Source of the DNA: Azolla caroliniana
Lineage: Eukaryota > Plantae > Polypodiophyta
Direction of reading: 5' to 3'
Assembly: GCA_043228905.1 (NCBI GenBank)
Contig: JBHGNT010000004.1
Location: 1,550,001 to 1,614,000, forward strand
Length of the DNA stretch: 64,000 nucleotides
Below are positions 40,852 to 54,400 of the stretch, piece by piece; positions within the stretch are counted from its first letter, which is position 1, and each line of letters starts with the position of its first letter. A model generated the notes under the pieces. That model saw nothing but the letters and a program-made list of their open reading frames with translations. It was not told where the DNA came from and ran no database searches. The translations under genes were made by a program, and so were the position numbers.

Positions 40852-42426
40852 AGGAATGATCATGAATGTATTTTTGGCTATTAAGTGTAAATATATTCCG
40901 CTTGTAACAAATCGAGTAATATAAAAGCATGTGTTTTGAATTCTTATGATTTCTAAAAAATCGTTTCTTATAAAATAACATTGGTTGTAAAGATTGTGAT
41001 ATAAATTGAGAATGTAACCTTTTGAAATTCCTCTTTTTTTAGTTACTTCTAAATCACGAAAATAGTGGATTTTTAACCTTTTTCATAGTATGTTTGAACA
41101 TGTATGATACTGGTATCAATGTGTTTTGTAAAATCATTGAAAAAGCCCTAAAATCAACCAAAATTTTCCTTATCCTTCCATTTATGCGTGATCCTTCCAC
41201 TTGTGAATGCGAACATGTTGGATGCAATTGCCAATGTTAGTAATTGGTTTTGTAGTAAAGCAAAGGAGGAACAATGTCAACTCAAAACTAAGATGTTGAG
41301 TATTAAACGAGCAATTGCTTCTTTGTAACATTTTCAGCAACATATGCCATGGGTTATGTGGGTGATGTTGGAATTAAATAATGCAAAGGATAAGCTCTAT
41401 AAATTACACAATACTTGGGCTCAGTGCACTTATAATGCATTTGTTGCAAAGTGGGCACAAGTGGGGGATAAGGTGTCCGTTGATTTTTTCAAAATTGTAA
41501 CTCCAAAAAAAACTTGTAATGGGATGAAACAACTACAACGGGATGATGGATCCATTACGGAGGATGCCGGAGAAATGAGGGATATTGCTACGAAATTTTA
41601 TAGTAATTTATTGTCCGTTGAATGTTTTACACTCAATCAATTGGAGAGTTGTGTGGTAGTCCATGCATGCCCGTGTTTCACTCCATATGTCAAATGTTTT
41701 GGTTAAACCAATTTCGATTTTTGAAGTAAGGGTTGCTTTGGATGCAATTGGCTCCCATGTATGCCCTAGTATCGATGGGCTTTCAACAGATTGTTTCCGG
41801 AATTATTGGGAGTTTATTGGGATTGACATTACTGTTGCATTTCAGGAGGTGTTTGACACTGGATTTTATGCCAAGTAAGTGGACCGAAGGTATGATATAT
41901 CTTATTCCTAAGATGGAAGGGATAATGGCTGATATTAGGAAGTGGTGACCCATAACTATATTGCATACTATTTACAAAATATATGCTAAGTTGTTGGCTA
42001 TGAGATTGCAACCTTTTTTATCAAACATCATTCATAACACCCAAATAGGGTTCTTACAAGATAGGAGTATATTGGATAACATTTTTTTATTTTGGGAAGC
42101 GGTTGCAATTTCACAAGAAAGGAAAGAGGATTTAGCAATCTTGTTGTTGGATTTTGAAAAGGCTTATGACAGAGTAGATTGGTCTTTTTAGAGGGGTACC
42201 ATGGAAAAGTTGGGTTTTCCTAATCAATGGTTAACTACTATCTCAACTCTTTACAACTCAGCTACTAGTACGGTATTAGTAACTGGAGAGTTAGGCCAAG
42301 CATTCTCAATTTTGAGGTCAATGAGACAGGGATGTCCGTTGGCTCCTTTTTTATATTTGATGATTGGAGAAGCTTTTAGTAGTTTTCTTACAAGTAATAC
42401 TGTGAATATAAAAGGGCTACAATGGG

Positions 42427-43436
42427 CACTATGTGCGGATCATGAGGCGGAACCGCCGGGGTTCTGGACTAGAAGGATTCGAAGTTTGCACTAGCTTTAG
42501 CGAGAAAGTTTTTAAGATAGATTAAAAGAGAGAGATTGAGATAAGATAGAACGCTTGACTTTAGATTGAGAAAGATTGAAATGGAGAGAGAGATTAAGAT
42601 TGAACCCTTTACTTTAGATTTAAGGAATAAGATTATCATCAATTGGATAACGGTTTTTTTTTTCTTAATATTAATTTTGATATAAAGTACAAAGCTTACT
42701 TGATTAATACCTAACCCGTTTTCCCTCTCCATCCACTCTTTTATAGATGGCCCCATGCACATGATGCCTATGAGGGTGCAAGACATGCATGAGATGCATG
42801 TTTGCCATTTGGCGCTCATGTGTTACATGATAACCATGTCACTCATTCAAGCTCTCATGTATGAGAATTTAGATGTAAAATGATCAAACTTGGCTTAGTG
42901 GTAAGCCTATTGACTTTAAACTTGGAGGTGCAAGGTTCAACCCTTGCTCACATCCCTTTTAAAACACAAAATACTACTAGGCTTTTGATCCGTCACCGCC
43001 TCGCCGGATCCCATCCGGTCAGCCAAAACCTTTACAAGTAGTTAGGCCACACCCATTCATTTGATTAGTTTAGCTCAAGTCACCATGAACATTCTATGAT
43101 CCACTCATAAACACAAATGATAGATTTTGGCCTTGGTTATATACTCTAGGATCCTTATTTATCCTATCTATGTGGGATATCTCGTAGTTTTGTTTTTTCT
43201 CTTCTTCTTCGCAAACTTCATATCCACATAACTTGCCACTTAGTTGTCCGTTTCTTATGTGGTAAAGTGTATTCGAAAGCTCTTAAAGACCTCCATATTT
43301 TTGTACCAAGATATTAAACTAGTATAAAATAGTATATTCACTATTATTGTTTCATATTGTGTGTGAAGAACCACACTTGATTTTGTACAGTTCATGCAAT
43401 TTTCACACCATTGTCGAAAATCTTCATGACATCGCA
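42427..43436. mobile_element. ~1-kb non-L1 insertion beginning CACTA (possible CACTA left end) that replaces part of the L1 RT
   Basis: L1 homology stops after IKGLQW at CACTATGTGCGG and resumes at KGLIRNFLWG; no matching right TIR found. Confidence 0.4.
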
Positions 43437-45529
43437 AGTACAAAGGCTTATTAGGAATTTCCTTTGGGGATCTAAAGATGGTTCTTATGTGAGAGGCAAT
43501 GTATCTTGGAAAGTTATTACGACTCCAAAGGACGAGGGTGGTCTTGGATTGATTGATCCTCTTTTACAATGTACGGTTTTATAAGGAAAATTTATTATAA
43601 GAGGTTTATTGCTTGGTGGGGAGCCTTGGAAAAAATTTGTTAAAGTTATGCCTTCTACAGGTGGCAATTGGAAAGATAGTATTAGATGGTGGTTTTTAAG
43701 AGATTTTAACCATTCCATTGATATTTTTCGCCATGATGAGTTTTTTAGGTGTATCATGAAGGCATTGTGGGATTTGAAAGATAACTTAGTCCAATATCTA
43801 CCATCATGTACGGAGGAATGGTTGCGCCAATCCCTCATATTGAACCCACTATTTACATCAAAAGAGGGGGTAATGTTAGGGAAGAGAACTAGGTTGAATT
43901 GGGTTGACTTTGTTAAAGGTGAAGTTGAGTCAGTGGAGAATTGGTTGACTTTTTCTTCTTCAGCGATGGAAAACAAAACCCATGTTTGTAGTACAATTTG
44001 GGGAGGGAACATTATGTATTCAGAAATGGATAGAGTCTTTATGATATCTTCCTTTCAGCCGTCTCAAACAAGTCTATTTTGGTATGGTATGTTTTTATCC
44101 CTACATGTCTTGTTGGGGGTTAGGGGTTATAAAAACTCTTATGAATGGCTTTACTTCGATGTTTTGCCTTCTAGATGACTTCATTCTCTCTTTGTGGAAG
44201 ATGAAATTGTAACTCGAGGGAATATGTTGCCTATTTGTATATTGTGGAAGAAAGATAAAAAATGGATACTGAACCCACATCCAAATGACGTAAACAATCT
44301 CTCTGATTTATGGGTCTATGAGAATACGCCCATTGATCGCCTTTTGTGGGATCCTGGTGAATGGAAACGACAAATCATATCACCGCAATGAATGCTAGGT
44401 AAGCAAATCCCATTTTTTCAGTATTCGGTAAAAATGGGTAGAGAAATGAGAGAGGTGTGATAATTACGCCAACAACTTGTAAATTTTGGAGATTTGGTAA
44501 TGTAATAGACTCTTGGTTGAATGCTTATTGGAAATGGTTATGGGCCATGCAAATTCCTAAAAAAGTTGTGATATTTAGATTGTTGTTGACACATTATGGC
44601 ATTCCTGTGAAGTCATGGATGCGGGGACATTACCATGATTTAAAATGTGACAGTTGTGGTTCTCCCATTGAATCAGTTTAAACATTGGGACATTTGAAAC
44701 AGGTAATATGTCGCATTTTCAGAACTGTCCATAAAAAACTGACACAAATTAGGGTGATTCACAAAAAGGGGTGCCGCATCCGTAAAGGATTTTAAAAAAT
44801 GACCCAAAAATATATTGATTTCTGGCATGTACGAAAATTTAGGTGTTCAAAAAAATGCCTAAATAATGGACATGCCAAACTTACAAATGAATGTCCAAAA
44901 TGACTAGCACCAATATTTATAGAAATTCATGAATCCAAATCTTGATGTACAAGGGTGGAAGCACGCTACGGTGTACCAGAAAAGTACTATTTTTTGCCAC
45001 AAAAAATGTCAGTCCTTTCGATACTGTTAGTACTAAATAATTGAGAAAATAAATCAGAGAAAAAAAAATTGATTTTGGGGAGTGGGGTGAGTATAGTACA
45101 AGTGTCATTTAAGACAAGGAGTGGGGGGAACACGTGAGGAAATGTTCTTTCCATTTTGGGGGCTATTTTCCCATCACGTCGTTTTTGGCACTTCCCCTCA
45201 AACCAACTCCCTTTACTCCTCTTCCTCTATCCCTCTGAGCTCTTCATCTCAAACATCCATGTCAGGATTCTGGTTTTCCTCCAATGTAAGAGGTTTGTTA
45301 GGGTTTAGGGAGCATATCTCAGACATCCATGTCAGGTTTCTGGTTTTGGGTTGAGGATTTCTTGTTTTGTTAGGGTTTTTGTTTTAGGGTTTGAGTTGAG
45401 GATTAGTGACTGTTCTGAGGCCTCTTATAACAGCCAATAGTGACTTCTTTGAGAACGATTTTCTTGCTTCTTCCACTGATTGCAGTTTATCTCGCGGTGA
45501 TTTGAGGCTTTTTCCACCGAGGCGAGGAT

Positions 45530-45785
45530 CCTTCCACCGAATCGAGGCGGCATATCACACAGATTCAAGGCTCCCTCCACCATTGGAGGTTCCTTCCACC
45601 AAATCGAGGCGACATATCACACAGATTCAAGGCTCCCTCCACCATTAGAGGCTCATTCCACCAAATCGAGGCGACATATCACACAGATTTAACGCTCTCT
45701 CCACCATTGGAGGTTCCTTCCACCAAATCGAGGCAACATATCACATAGATTCAATGCTCCCTCCACCATTGGAGGTTCCTTTCCA
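45530..45785. repeat. 62-bp tandem repeat x4
   Basis: TTCCACCAAATCGAGGCGACATATCACACAGATTCAAGGCTCCCTCCACCATTGGAGG recurs with a 62-bp period. Confidence 0.9.
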
Positions 45786-45964
45786 GTACTAAATTTCAGA
45801 ACTATTTTTTCATTTTCAGTACTAAATTTTTTCATTTTTAGAAATTTGTGAATAAAGAAATGCTAATTGTCATCTTTGATCCGTAACTCTAATGTCTGAA
45901 ATGAATTATTTCTCACTTTGCAGGCCGCATTTAAAAACATTTGATTGTGATTTTTTAGTGTAGT

Positions 45965-47284
45965 CTATATAACATTAACTACTCTCGCAAGACACTTAAT
46001 TTTTTTGGATAAATCTAGTGACCAAATGGGGATCCCCAACGAGAGTGAGTTGTCAAGTAACTCATGTATACTGAAAGGACCAAGAGATGAGTGGTTCTTC
46101 ACATAGTCAGTTATTTGGTAGAAATAACGAAGAGATTTGGTGAAGAGGATCATAGGGATATTATATGTAGAGTGTTACACCATCAACGTTTGAATGAAGA
46201 CATGGGGAGAATAAAATTTAGGGACCAATGTGTTTCAGAAGAGATTGTAGAGTCTATGAAGTCATCCCTAGACTTAGTGAAAGGTGTAGAGAGCATAGAC
46301 AAACTTGTTGCAAAGAGGGCAGCCCTACACATGGTTGTGAACGGTGCGAGAGAAAAAAATATAGTGATACTAAAGTTGCCTTAGCCCTGGGTATTCAAAG
46401 AAGGAACTTGAGGAAACATCATCGAAATATATACTCAAGCCAATTCAAGTGGCTGGGGTTGGGACGTAGACGACGATGCAATGCCTTATCTCAAGAGATT
46501 ATTGAGAAAGTGGATTCATTTTGGGCAAAAAATATGCGTGTCTCACCAAATAAGAAGGACGTGTGTAGACAACAAATAAGTTAGGGTAAGTACCAGATTC
46601 ACCCTAGACACTTCTTGGAGATGACGGAGGTATTCCATTTTTTTATATTAATTCAAATTCCATAAATATTTGTTTTGACCAAGTGTATATTAATGTTTGC
46701 TATATATATTGGTTGATGTAGGCTGAATTGTACATGAACTTTAAAGACCAACATCCAAGCTTGACTGTTGGATTCCGCAAGTTCCAAGGTTTGAAACCAT
46801 ATTATGTTAGAAAATTAAATGAGAGGAATACATGTTGTTGTGTGTACCACGTGAAGATGGACATGTTAAGGCTTGGAGTGAATGCAATGTGTACTGATTC
46901 TAAGGGTATACACGGGCAATTATGTGTCTGCAGTTGTGAGGTTTGTAGACCGAATGGGGAGGATAATAGGTGTAATGCACGAAACATGACTTATGCATCC
47001 GTTTCTGAGTTTTGGAGGTCTTGTGTTTGTGAAAAAGAACCATCATGTGAGTGGCATCGTCATACATGTCTTTTAAGAACATGTAAGGTTTGTCCGCTAC
47101 CATTATTTTGTAGGCAGGAACTTGATTTGGGAAACAGTCCTGTTGTGAAATGGAAATATTTAGAGTATGTGACTGAAAATATTGGCTAGGGACTTGTAAC
47201 TAATCGTATCAAGGAAGTATATAAGGAGACATGTGTTGCTACCCTTATCTCAGAATTTAAGAAACAACTTGGGGAGTTCATTCC
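45965..47284 (+). pseudogene. Sola2-like transposase N-terminal half, with a probable intron at ~46631-46721
   Basis: FWAKNMRVSPNKKD, FRKFQGLKPYYV..RNTCCCVYH, C..RTCKVC and VKWKY motifs; GT...AG between HFLEMTE and AELYMNF. Confidence 0.65.
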
Positions 47285-48460
47285 TGTTGAGAATCAAGCT
47301 CAACTTGGTCTAGTGTGTGAACTCACCTTGAGAGTGAATAGACACTCCAACGGTCAAGAGTCACCATTAAGTCACCTCTTTGTATTCTAGCATTTAGTAT
47401 GAGTCATAGAATCATATTCTATGACACAACTTATGAGCTTTCACATTCCCCATGCTCCATGAGCCTTGTAGTTAATGAAGAGAGAGGGTGACTATATAAA
47501 GCACCCTCCTCCCACCTTGTATTGGGTTGAGTCTTTCTCCTTTGTTAACATACTCTTACCTTGCGTATTCTCTGTGTCTTATTTCTTGTCTCTCTCACTC
47601 ACTCACTCACTCTCTCTCTCTCTCTCATACACACACATAACTCATATCTCTTCCGCTTCACAAGAATCCATATCCGATTCTTTACATGGTATCAGAGCGA
47701 TTTGGTAGCTCGATCTAGCCCATTCGCCTCATCGTGATCGTGTGTTGTGCTTCACGCCGACGACCAAGAACCGGTGTCGCGTCGTTACGCGCGTACGTGT
47801 AGAAAGGGGTGGGACCACGGGGGTCTTGGACCGAGGAGAGAGAGAGAGAGAGACAGAGGGAGAGAAAGATCCACCGACACGTAGAAGCGAGAAAAAGAGA
47901 AACAGAACGTAACACTTAATTATAATGACAGAGATTACAAACTCCGATAGTTACAACCGACAAAGCGGTGACGGGCCCGACACGGGGACCCTACTCACGC
48001 ACACCGACGACAGTCACCGACTCAAAGAAACCAAAGGGGAAGGGGGGCGACTCTGCTAGAAGCACATGGGATGTCCACGAAGCAGAGGCAGCGACCTCCT
48101 GACACCCGCAGAGAGCGACAATTCGAGTCAAAGAGAGAGAGTTCCGCCTTCCGTTCTTCAACAACCCTTCCTCTTCCCAACGCGCGATATCTTTTTTTCT
48201 CTTCTCCTCTTCCCTTTATTCCCTGTCCCCTCTGATCGGGATACGCACAATCCCCCCTAATAAATGCGTTCGGCTTAGTAGTTACATCTACCGGTTCGCG
48301 TGCAAAGTATCCAGTCACGCGTTCATCCGTGTAAGGGCCGGTTTACGCACTTTCTCTCCAATTCCGCCTATGGCCAGTTTTCTTCACGACATCCACCCCC
48401 ACCAAACCACGCATCCACCGGCATGCGCCAGAGACGGGTAGATACCGAAGAAAACCGGCC

Positions 48461-51400
48461 TCACTCGTTGCTCTCCGATTCTCCGTCGGACCCGAACTGA
48501 TCGTCGTTGTCGCTCTTGCTCACAGGCTCCGGCTCGTCTTCGAACCGCTTTTTGAAAGCTTTGATCCGCTTTCCGGCCACCGGCACCGCTAACCAAGTCC
48601 CGTCGAGTTCCGCGAGGTGGTATGTGTCGTTGCCGTTCGCGCTCGTCACCATGTAGGGCCCGAACCATCTCCTAGCAAACTTTCGCACCGCCTTGTGCTA
48701 ATTGTCGAGGCTGCTGTCGTATACCAAGACCCAGTCGCCTTCCTCGATCTTCTTTGGTCGCAACCGGTGCGTCCGGTTGAACCGGGTCTTGTTCCGCTCC
48801 CTTGCCGTTCGCAGCCTTTCCTTCGTATGTATCACGTCCTCCGGCCTCCGCTCGAGTTGCCGAATCCGCGCCGCCAGCAACTCCTCCCGACTCATTTCGT
48901 CCTTCCAATCTACCGCTGCCCACGAGGAAACTGTCCGTTCCACCGGCATGATCGGCTTTTGTCCGTACATTAGCTCTGCCGGCATAAACCCTGTCACCGA
49001 ATTGTGCGTAGTCCGGTCCGCCCATAGCACGTAAGGAAGGAGTCGCCGCCAATTCCCGACCTGCCCACCGCATGCATGCACCAACGCCTTTACAATCGGT
49101 CCGTGCCCACGTTCCACCTTTCTGTTCGCCTTCGGATTGTACGCCGTGGTGAGGGAAAGTTTGACGCCTAGTCGGTCGAACAGCTCCTCGGCCTCCCGCG
49201 CATCCAGCTCTCCCCGGTCCGCCACGATCCTCCCGACGCACCCGTACCGACACACTACATCTTCGATCAGGAACCGGCATACCGCCGCGGTTGTCTTGCT
49301 TTGCAATGCACGGCCTTCCACCTGGTTCGTTAAGTCTTCCCGTGCAAGCACCAGGTATCACATTTGTCCTACCCCCATCGGCATTGTCACCAAGTCCACC
49401 ATCCACTTGAAATGGACCGTAGGTGGGTAGGTCAGGTGTAGCTCATCCCGGTGTTGGACTACGGAGTGCACCTGACAGCTTTCGCAAGTTGTTACGAACC
49501 GATGCACGTCCTGGTATAGCCCTGGCCACCAGTACTTCTCCTTCAGCTTCTCGAACGTGGCCCACGTTCCGCGGTGTCCGGCCCATGGGCTCTCGTGGAA
49601 TGCCACCAATAGTTTCCCCTGCTCTTCTTTCTTTGCCACTACCCGGAGTGGGATGCCGCTTCTCTTCTTTGGGTGTTTCCATATGCACCCGTCCCGCAGG
49701 AAGAATCGGTACGCCTTCCTCCGTATCCGACTCGCCTCCTCTCTCGCCCATGTTGCGTCCGACGTCATCGTTCGTAGGAACCTCCCGATTTGGAGCCACT
49801 CCCCGTCGTACCTGCTTTCGTCAAATTCGTTAAGCGCCGGAGTGTTCCCTTTCCTTCTTGTCGTTACGTTAGCCAACCCGAAGAAGTCCTCGCTGACTTC
49901 TTCGTCTTCCGAAACCATGCCGTCTTCGTCGTTGAACCTTGCCCTCGAAAGCATGTCGGCCATGGCGTTGTCCTTTCCGGAGATGTGCCGTATCTCCGGG
50001 TTCAGGGACTTAATGTATGCCATCCACCGGAGCATTGCTAGGTCCGGCGTCGCGCATCCGGAAACCAGGCCGAGTATCGACAGGCAGTCCGTCTCGATAA
50101 TCACCTCCGTCCCGATCAGATAATCCTTGTCGGCCTTGATTGCCGAAACGACACCCCAAAGTTCGCGCTTAACTTGGGCGTACCCTCGCTGCCGCTCGCT
50201 CAACACCTTCGCCCCGAACCGGATCGGGAATCGTACGCCGCCCTTGTCCTCCTGACTGATTACCCACCCGATCCCGGTCGGGCTGGTGTCCACCGTTACG
50301 CAGATGGGAACATCCTTGCTGTAAACCGCTTTACGGAGAGCCGGCGCTGCCGTAAGCGCCTCCTTTAGTCTCCGAACCGACTCCGTGTGCTCCGTCCTCC
50401 ACTCAAAGCTACGCCCCTTTTTCAATAGTCCGTAGAGGGGTTTCACGACATGTGCGTAGTGTGGGATCCAGATGTGGTAGAATGCGCATGCCCCCAAGAA
50501 TCGACGGACCTCCGTGACCGACCTCTACCTTTGCCGGAGACGGTTTCCTACCGTAAGGCCCGCACAGGTGTCCGACCACCAAGATCTCCGACTGTCCGAA
50601 GGCCGACTTTTCCCCGAAGAAGGTGAGCCTCGCGCGCTCTAGTCTCTGCAACACCTTCTCGCAGTCATCGATGTAGGACGTCATGAAATTCCGACATCCG
50701 TCTGGCCCGATTGCCTCGTCCCTTTTCTCCACCGGGCATCCCTTGATCGGGATGTCGTCTAAGAACGGCATGGTGATGTCCGAGATGCAATCCCTGAGCA
50801 CTTTGTTCATCGCGTTCACCATGTGAGCCACTGAGTTCGTCCCTCCTTGTGGCAGGGTACACATCTGCACTAGGCCGAGAGGAGTCCGCATTGTCGTAAT
50901 GTCTCTGCTCTCCACGGGTAGTTGGAACTGATCGTACCCCGAGTATAGGTCACCGACAGAATAGATCGACCTTCCAGCGAAGGCTTCTGCGAACTCATCT
51001 ATGGTCGGTCCGATCCTTGCATTACGGATGGTCACCTTGTTGACCGGTTGTAGGTCCTGGATGAAGCGCAGCGTGCCGTTCTTCTTCGGCACCGTAAACC
51101 ACCGATTCGAATACGGGGCACTCGACGGTTCGAGGATGCCCATCTCCACCTTTTGCTTTAGGAGCTCCATCAACTTCGGGATGTGAGCTCTTGGCACTGG
51201 AATTGGCTTGAGATTCCACGGTACATGCGGTACCGTGAAGATCACCATCGGTTCGACAACTGTTGGGTCTACGCACCCGATCTCCTCCGGTGAGAATGCG
51301 AAAGCCTTCCCGTGCCTCCTGAGCATTCTCCGAAACCGGTCCTCGTCCGCCGACAGTAGGAAGCCGCCCCCACCGACCTTGAGCTCCCGTAGCGTTATGT

Positions 51401-54400
51401 CGGTGAACCGGTGCCCTATGCCAGCCGGATTTCGTAAACTCGGGTCTGACGCGACCCCTTTTATCCGCTCCTCGCTGCCCTCCAGCAAGGGTGCCGCGAC
51501 TGGCCTCACCTTCTGGTCCATAGTCTTGTATTTCGTATCCACGCGGGCCGTCTGATCCGACCCGATCGTTTCCCCGAAGTCTGCGATGACTTCGTACATT
51601 CCCATCGACCCTACCGGAACGGTCCAGTCTTCCCTAAGGTCTTCACCGATCACGTTTCGTAGTTCGCCCAAGGTGTCGTCAAAAGAGACCGCCTCCACGG
51701 CACCGTTGATGTCCTCGTCGGGGAAGAGGACTTCGCATCCCCTGAGCCGCTCCTCCGCTCGCTTCCTCTCCCTGTCGCTGACGCTGGTTATAGTACAACC
51801 TCCGATGTTGGAGAACCAAAATTTCCTACCTATGGTACAAGTCTTCTTCCGTACTATACATTTGTGGGGTTTTTCCCTGGTGTCCGGACTATCGTGGCCC
51901 CACGCCTTGACAACCCTCTCTAAAAATCCCCTTGGGTTTCGCTGCCGAGGGCCTCGCGGTTACGCTCGTGGTTCGGTCGCACTGTTAGGAACTGGACTGA
52001 GTGCCGCCCGTCTTGGCTCTTGACCTTTGCATAGGCTGAACTGTTGTCCAGCACCTTGGTCTCCATCCGTGCCGCTGTGATATATGGCTATCCTAGTATA
52101 ACCGGATGTGAGGACGTCTCCTGCACAAAGAAGTGCTAGTCGATCTCGACATCGCCGATTTTCACCCGTACGTTCGGACAGGCCCCATGTAGTTCTTCCG
52201 TGGCGTGCGTCGCTGCCCGTATCTTCCAGCCATGCTTGGTGTTGATCGGCCATTTACCCTTCTTGTAGAAATCCATGGACATCAGGTTGATTTCGGATCC
52301 ATGGTCCACCAATGCCACCACCGGTTCCAAAACGTTGCCAATCCGTACAAGGGTGTCCGTAGTCGCCCTGGCCCAATGCGGCTTTGTGTAGTGGCTTCCC
52401 GCCAGCTCATCTTCCAAGGCTCCGTCTTCCAGGTGCATGGTCTGCACTTCCACCGGCTTCTCAGGTTCCGGCTCCGTCGAGAGCCTCTTACGCTTCACCA
52501 AGTCTACGATAGAGTCGTGGAACTCCCTCTTGGCGATTCCCAGCACCTCCTGCAATGACAACTCCACTTTGCTGTCGAGGATACGTTCCTCCAGGACCTT
52601 TCGCAGGTCTGTGGTCCTTTCGATCTCGGTGCTCAACCGAAACCCCGCGTGCTTCTTTCCGTCCGGTGCGCCCGGGTTGCCGGCACCGGTCGGTTTCGGT
52701 TCGAACCGAGTCTCATACCTCGGGGGGTCGACCCCTCCGGCCTTTCCTGCCCGTTTGTCCTCCACCAGAACCTCGTAGTTCTGGCAAGTGGCTTCTACGA
52801 AGCCCGTTTTCTCTTCCACCGGATCGTCCCAACCGGTGACCTCCTGGACCCGCTGTTCCGCGCGGTCCGCCTCTTCCTTCCTCAGCCGAACTCCAGAGAG
52901 GCCTTCTAGCACTAGTGGCTAGAATCCGGAGTCCTTCGCCTTCCGGGTCTCATCACCCCCGACCCGAATTCCCACCGACACTGAGTAGTTAACGGCTTCG
53001 ACGTGCCATGCCGTGGACTCTTCCATCAAGCTCTTCATTCTGCCGCACCCCGTATTCAGTTCCAGGGCTCTCCGGGTCTCGCTCGCGTGCACCCGCCCGT
53101 TCCAGAGGTACACCACGTTGGTCCTGAGCGCGTCGGCGAAATCCGCGCAGTCCTTCTGAATGTGACCGATCGCGTCACACCACATGCACCGCTGCCTACC
53201 CGGCGGTCTCCGGTCGCGAGGTTGTTCACCGCTGTCTCTTCAGGCCTGTGCGATCTGCAGGTCGCGCACCATCTGTGTTAGCTCCTCCAGAGCCGCTCCT
53301 CTAGGTGGGCCTCTGACCACGTCGTTCGATGCCGACCCCGACTCCGGCCAGATTCAGGTCTCTTCCTTCCTCCCAGTTGGCACCGAAACCGGCTCCTCGA
53401 GCCTCCTCCCCGGGACCTGCCCCGACCCCGATGTGCTTCCGTCGCTCCAATCTCGCCGTTTGTCAAAACGGCTGCAGACCCGTTGTCACGTTATTACGCG
53501 CGTGCGTGGAGAAAGGCGGGGCCACGGGGGTCTTGGACTAGGGAGTGTTGGAGCGTAGGAAGTCGGGCTTCACCGTTCCCGGGGCATCTCAGAAGCACAC
53601 CAGAAGCAACCGAGGGGAGAGAGAGAGAGCGCACTTAACACCGACTCACGCACACACACACATGCTGACCCGCCTTGCGCCCTCATGTATAGGAAACGCA
53701 GGAAAGGGGAAACACCCGACACGAACATAGACGCGAATATACACAGACAGACGCAAACATATATATATGTATATACAGAAGAATACATTCCCGGCTTTGA
53801 GCCGGACTGAGGTAGGTTACAGTAGTCGTCTGCTGCCAAGCCACCGTCGGGGAGCTCTCAGCTCGTCGCGCCGAGCGGGGTCTTGCACAGGAGGCCGAAC
53901 CAAAGCAAACCCTAAGCGAAACACGAAGAAGGAGAAGAAGAAGAACCTAACTCTAAACCTTACGGTATACCCTCTATTGCAAAATGGGCAACCCCTCCAC
54001 AAAGGGCGATCCCTTCCTTTTATAGAACAAGGAGAGGGATGCGTTGCAATGTGGAACAAATCCCGACTTTCATGGGATCGTCTGTCCCGACTTGACTACT
54101 CTTCGGCGCCATAAAGACGCCCTCAATATTCACACTAAATGTACATGGGTGTGTACACACGCTGCACCCCGCTGATGTAGCCAATGTTTCCCGGTTTTCG
54201 CCTCTGGCCGAAATTCTTCACGACACCGTTTTACCACGGCCCAGTCCGTCGTGAGCCCTTTGTCCGTTTCCAATAGGGGTCCCACCTTTTCCTTGTCGAG
54301 CACATCCACCGACTTGACAAACAACAGTACTCGACTTGTTTCGAGCACCGTCCGGTCTAGCGTTGACAGCCGCGCGAACCGTTTTTCGAACTCTTGGAGG

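Larger units (their letters stand above)
31750..41219. mobile_element. 9.47-kb TIR DNA transposon (Sola-like) carrying a ParB-like/DNA methyltransferase gene
   Basis: TIRs AACACGTTCGCGTTCACAAGTGGAAGGAT (31750-31778) and ATCCTTCCACTTGTGAATGCGAACATGTT (41191-41219). 4-bp TSD GGAT at 31746-31749 and 41220-41223. Removing the element restores the L1 reading DRVADAIANVSNWF. Confidence 0.92.
29410..44686 (+). mobile_element. Decayed L1 LINE (copy 2) in three pieces: 29410-31749, 41220-42426, ~43437-44686
   Basis: ORF1 remnants (LGKGCYHV, C..GHVVKDC). ORF2 starts MNNFRIVSWNVQGLGG at 30847, with NLYAHN, GDFNM, SDHSP, LDFEKAYDR, RQGCPLAP, IRNFLWG and CDSCGSPIESV; many stops and frameshifts. Confidence 0.88.

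Noticed and set aside
45530-45785. 62-bp repeats as CRISPR or ncRNA
   Set aside because: Simple head-to-tail near-identical units in a transposon subterminal region.
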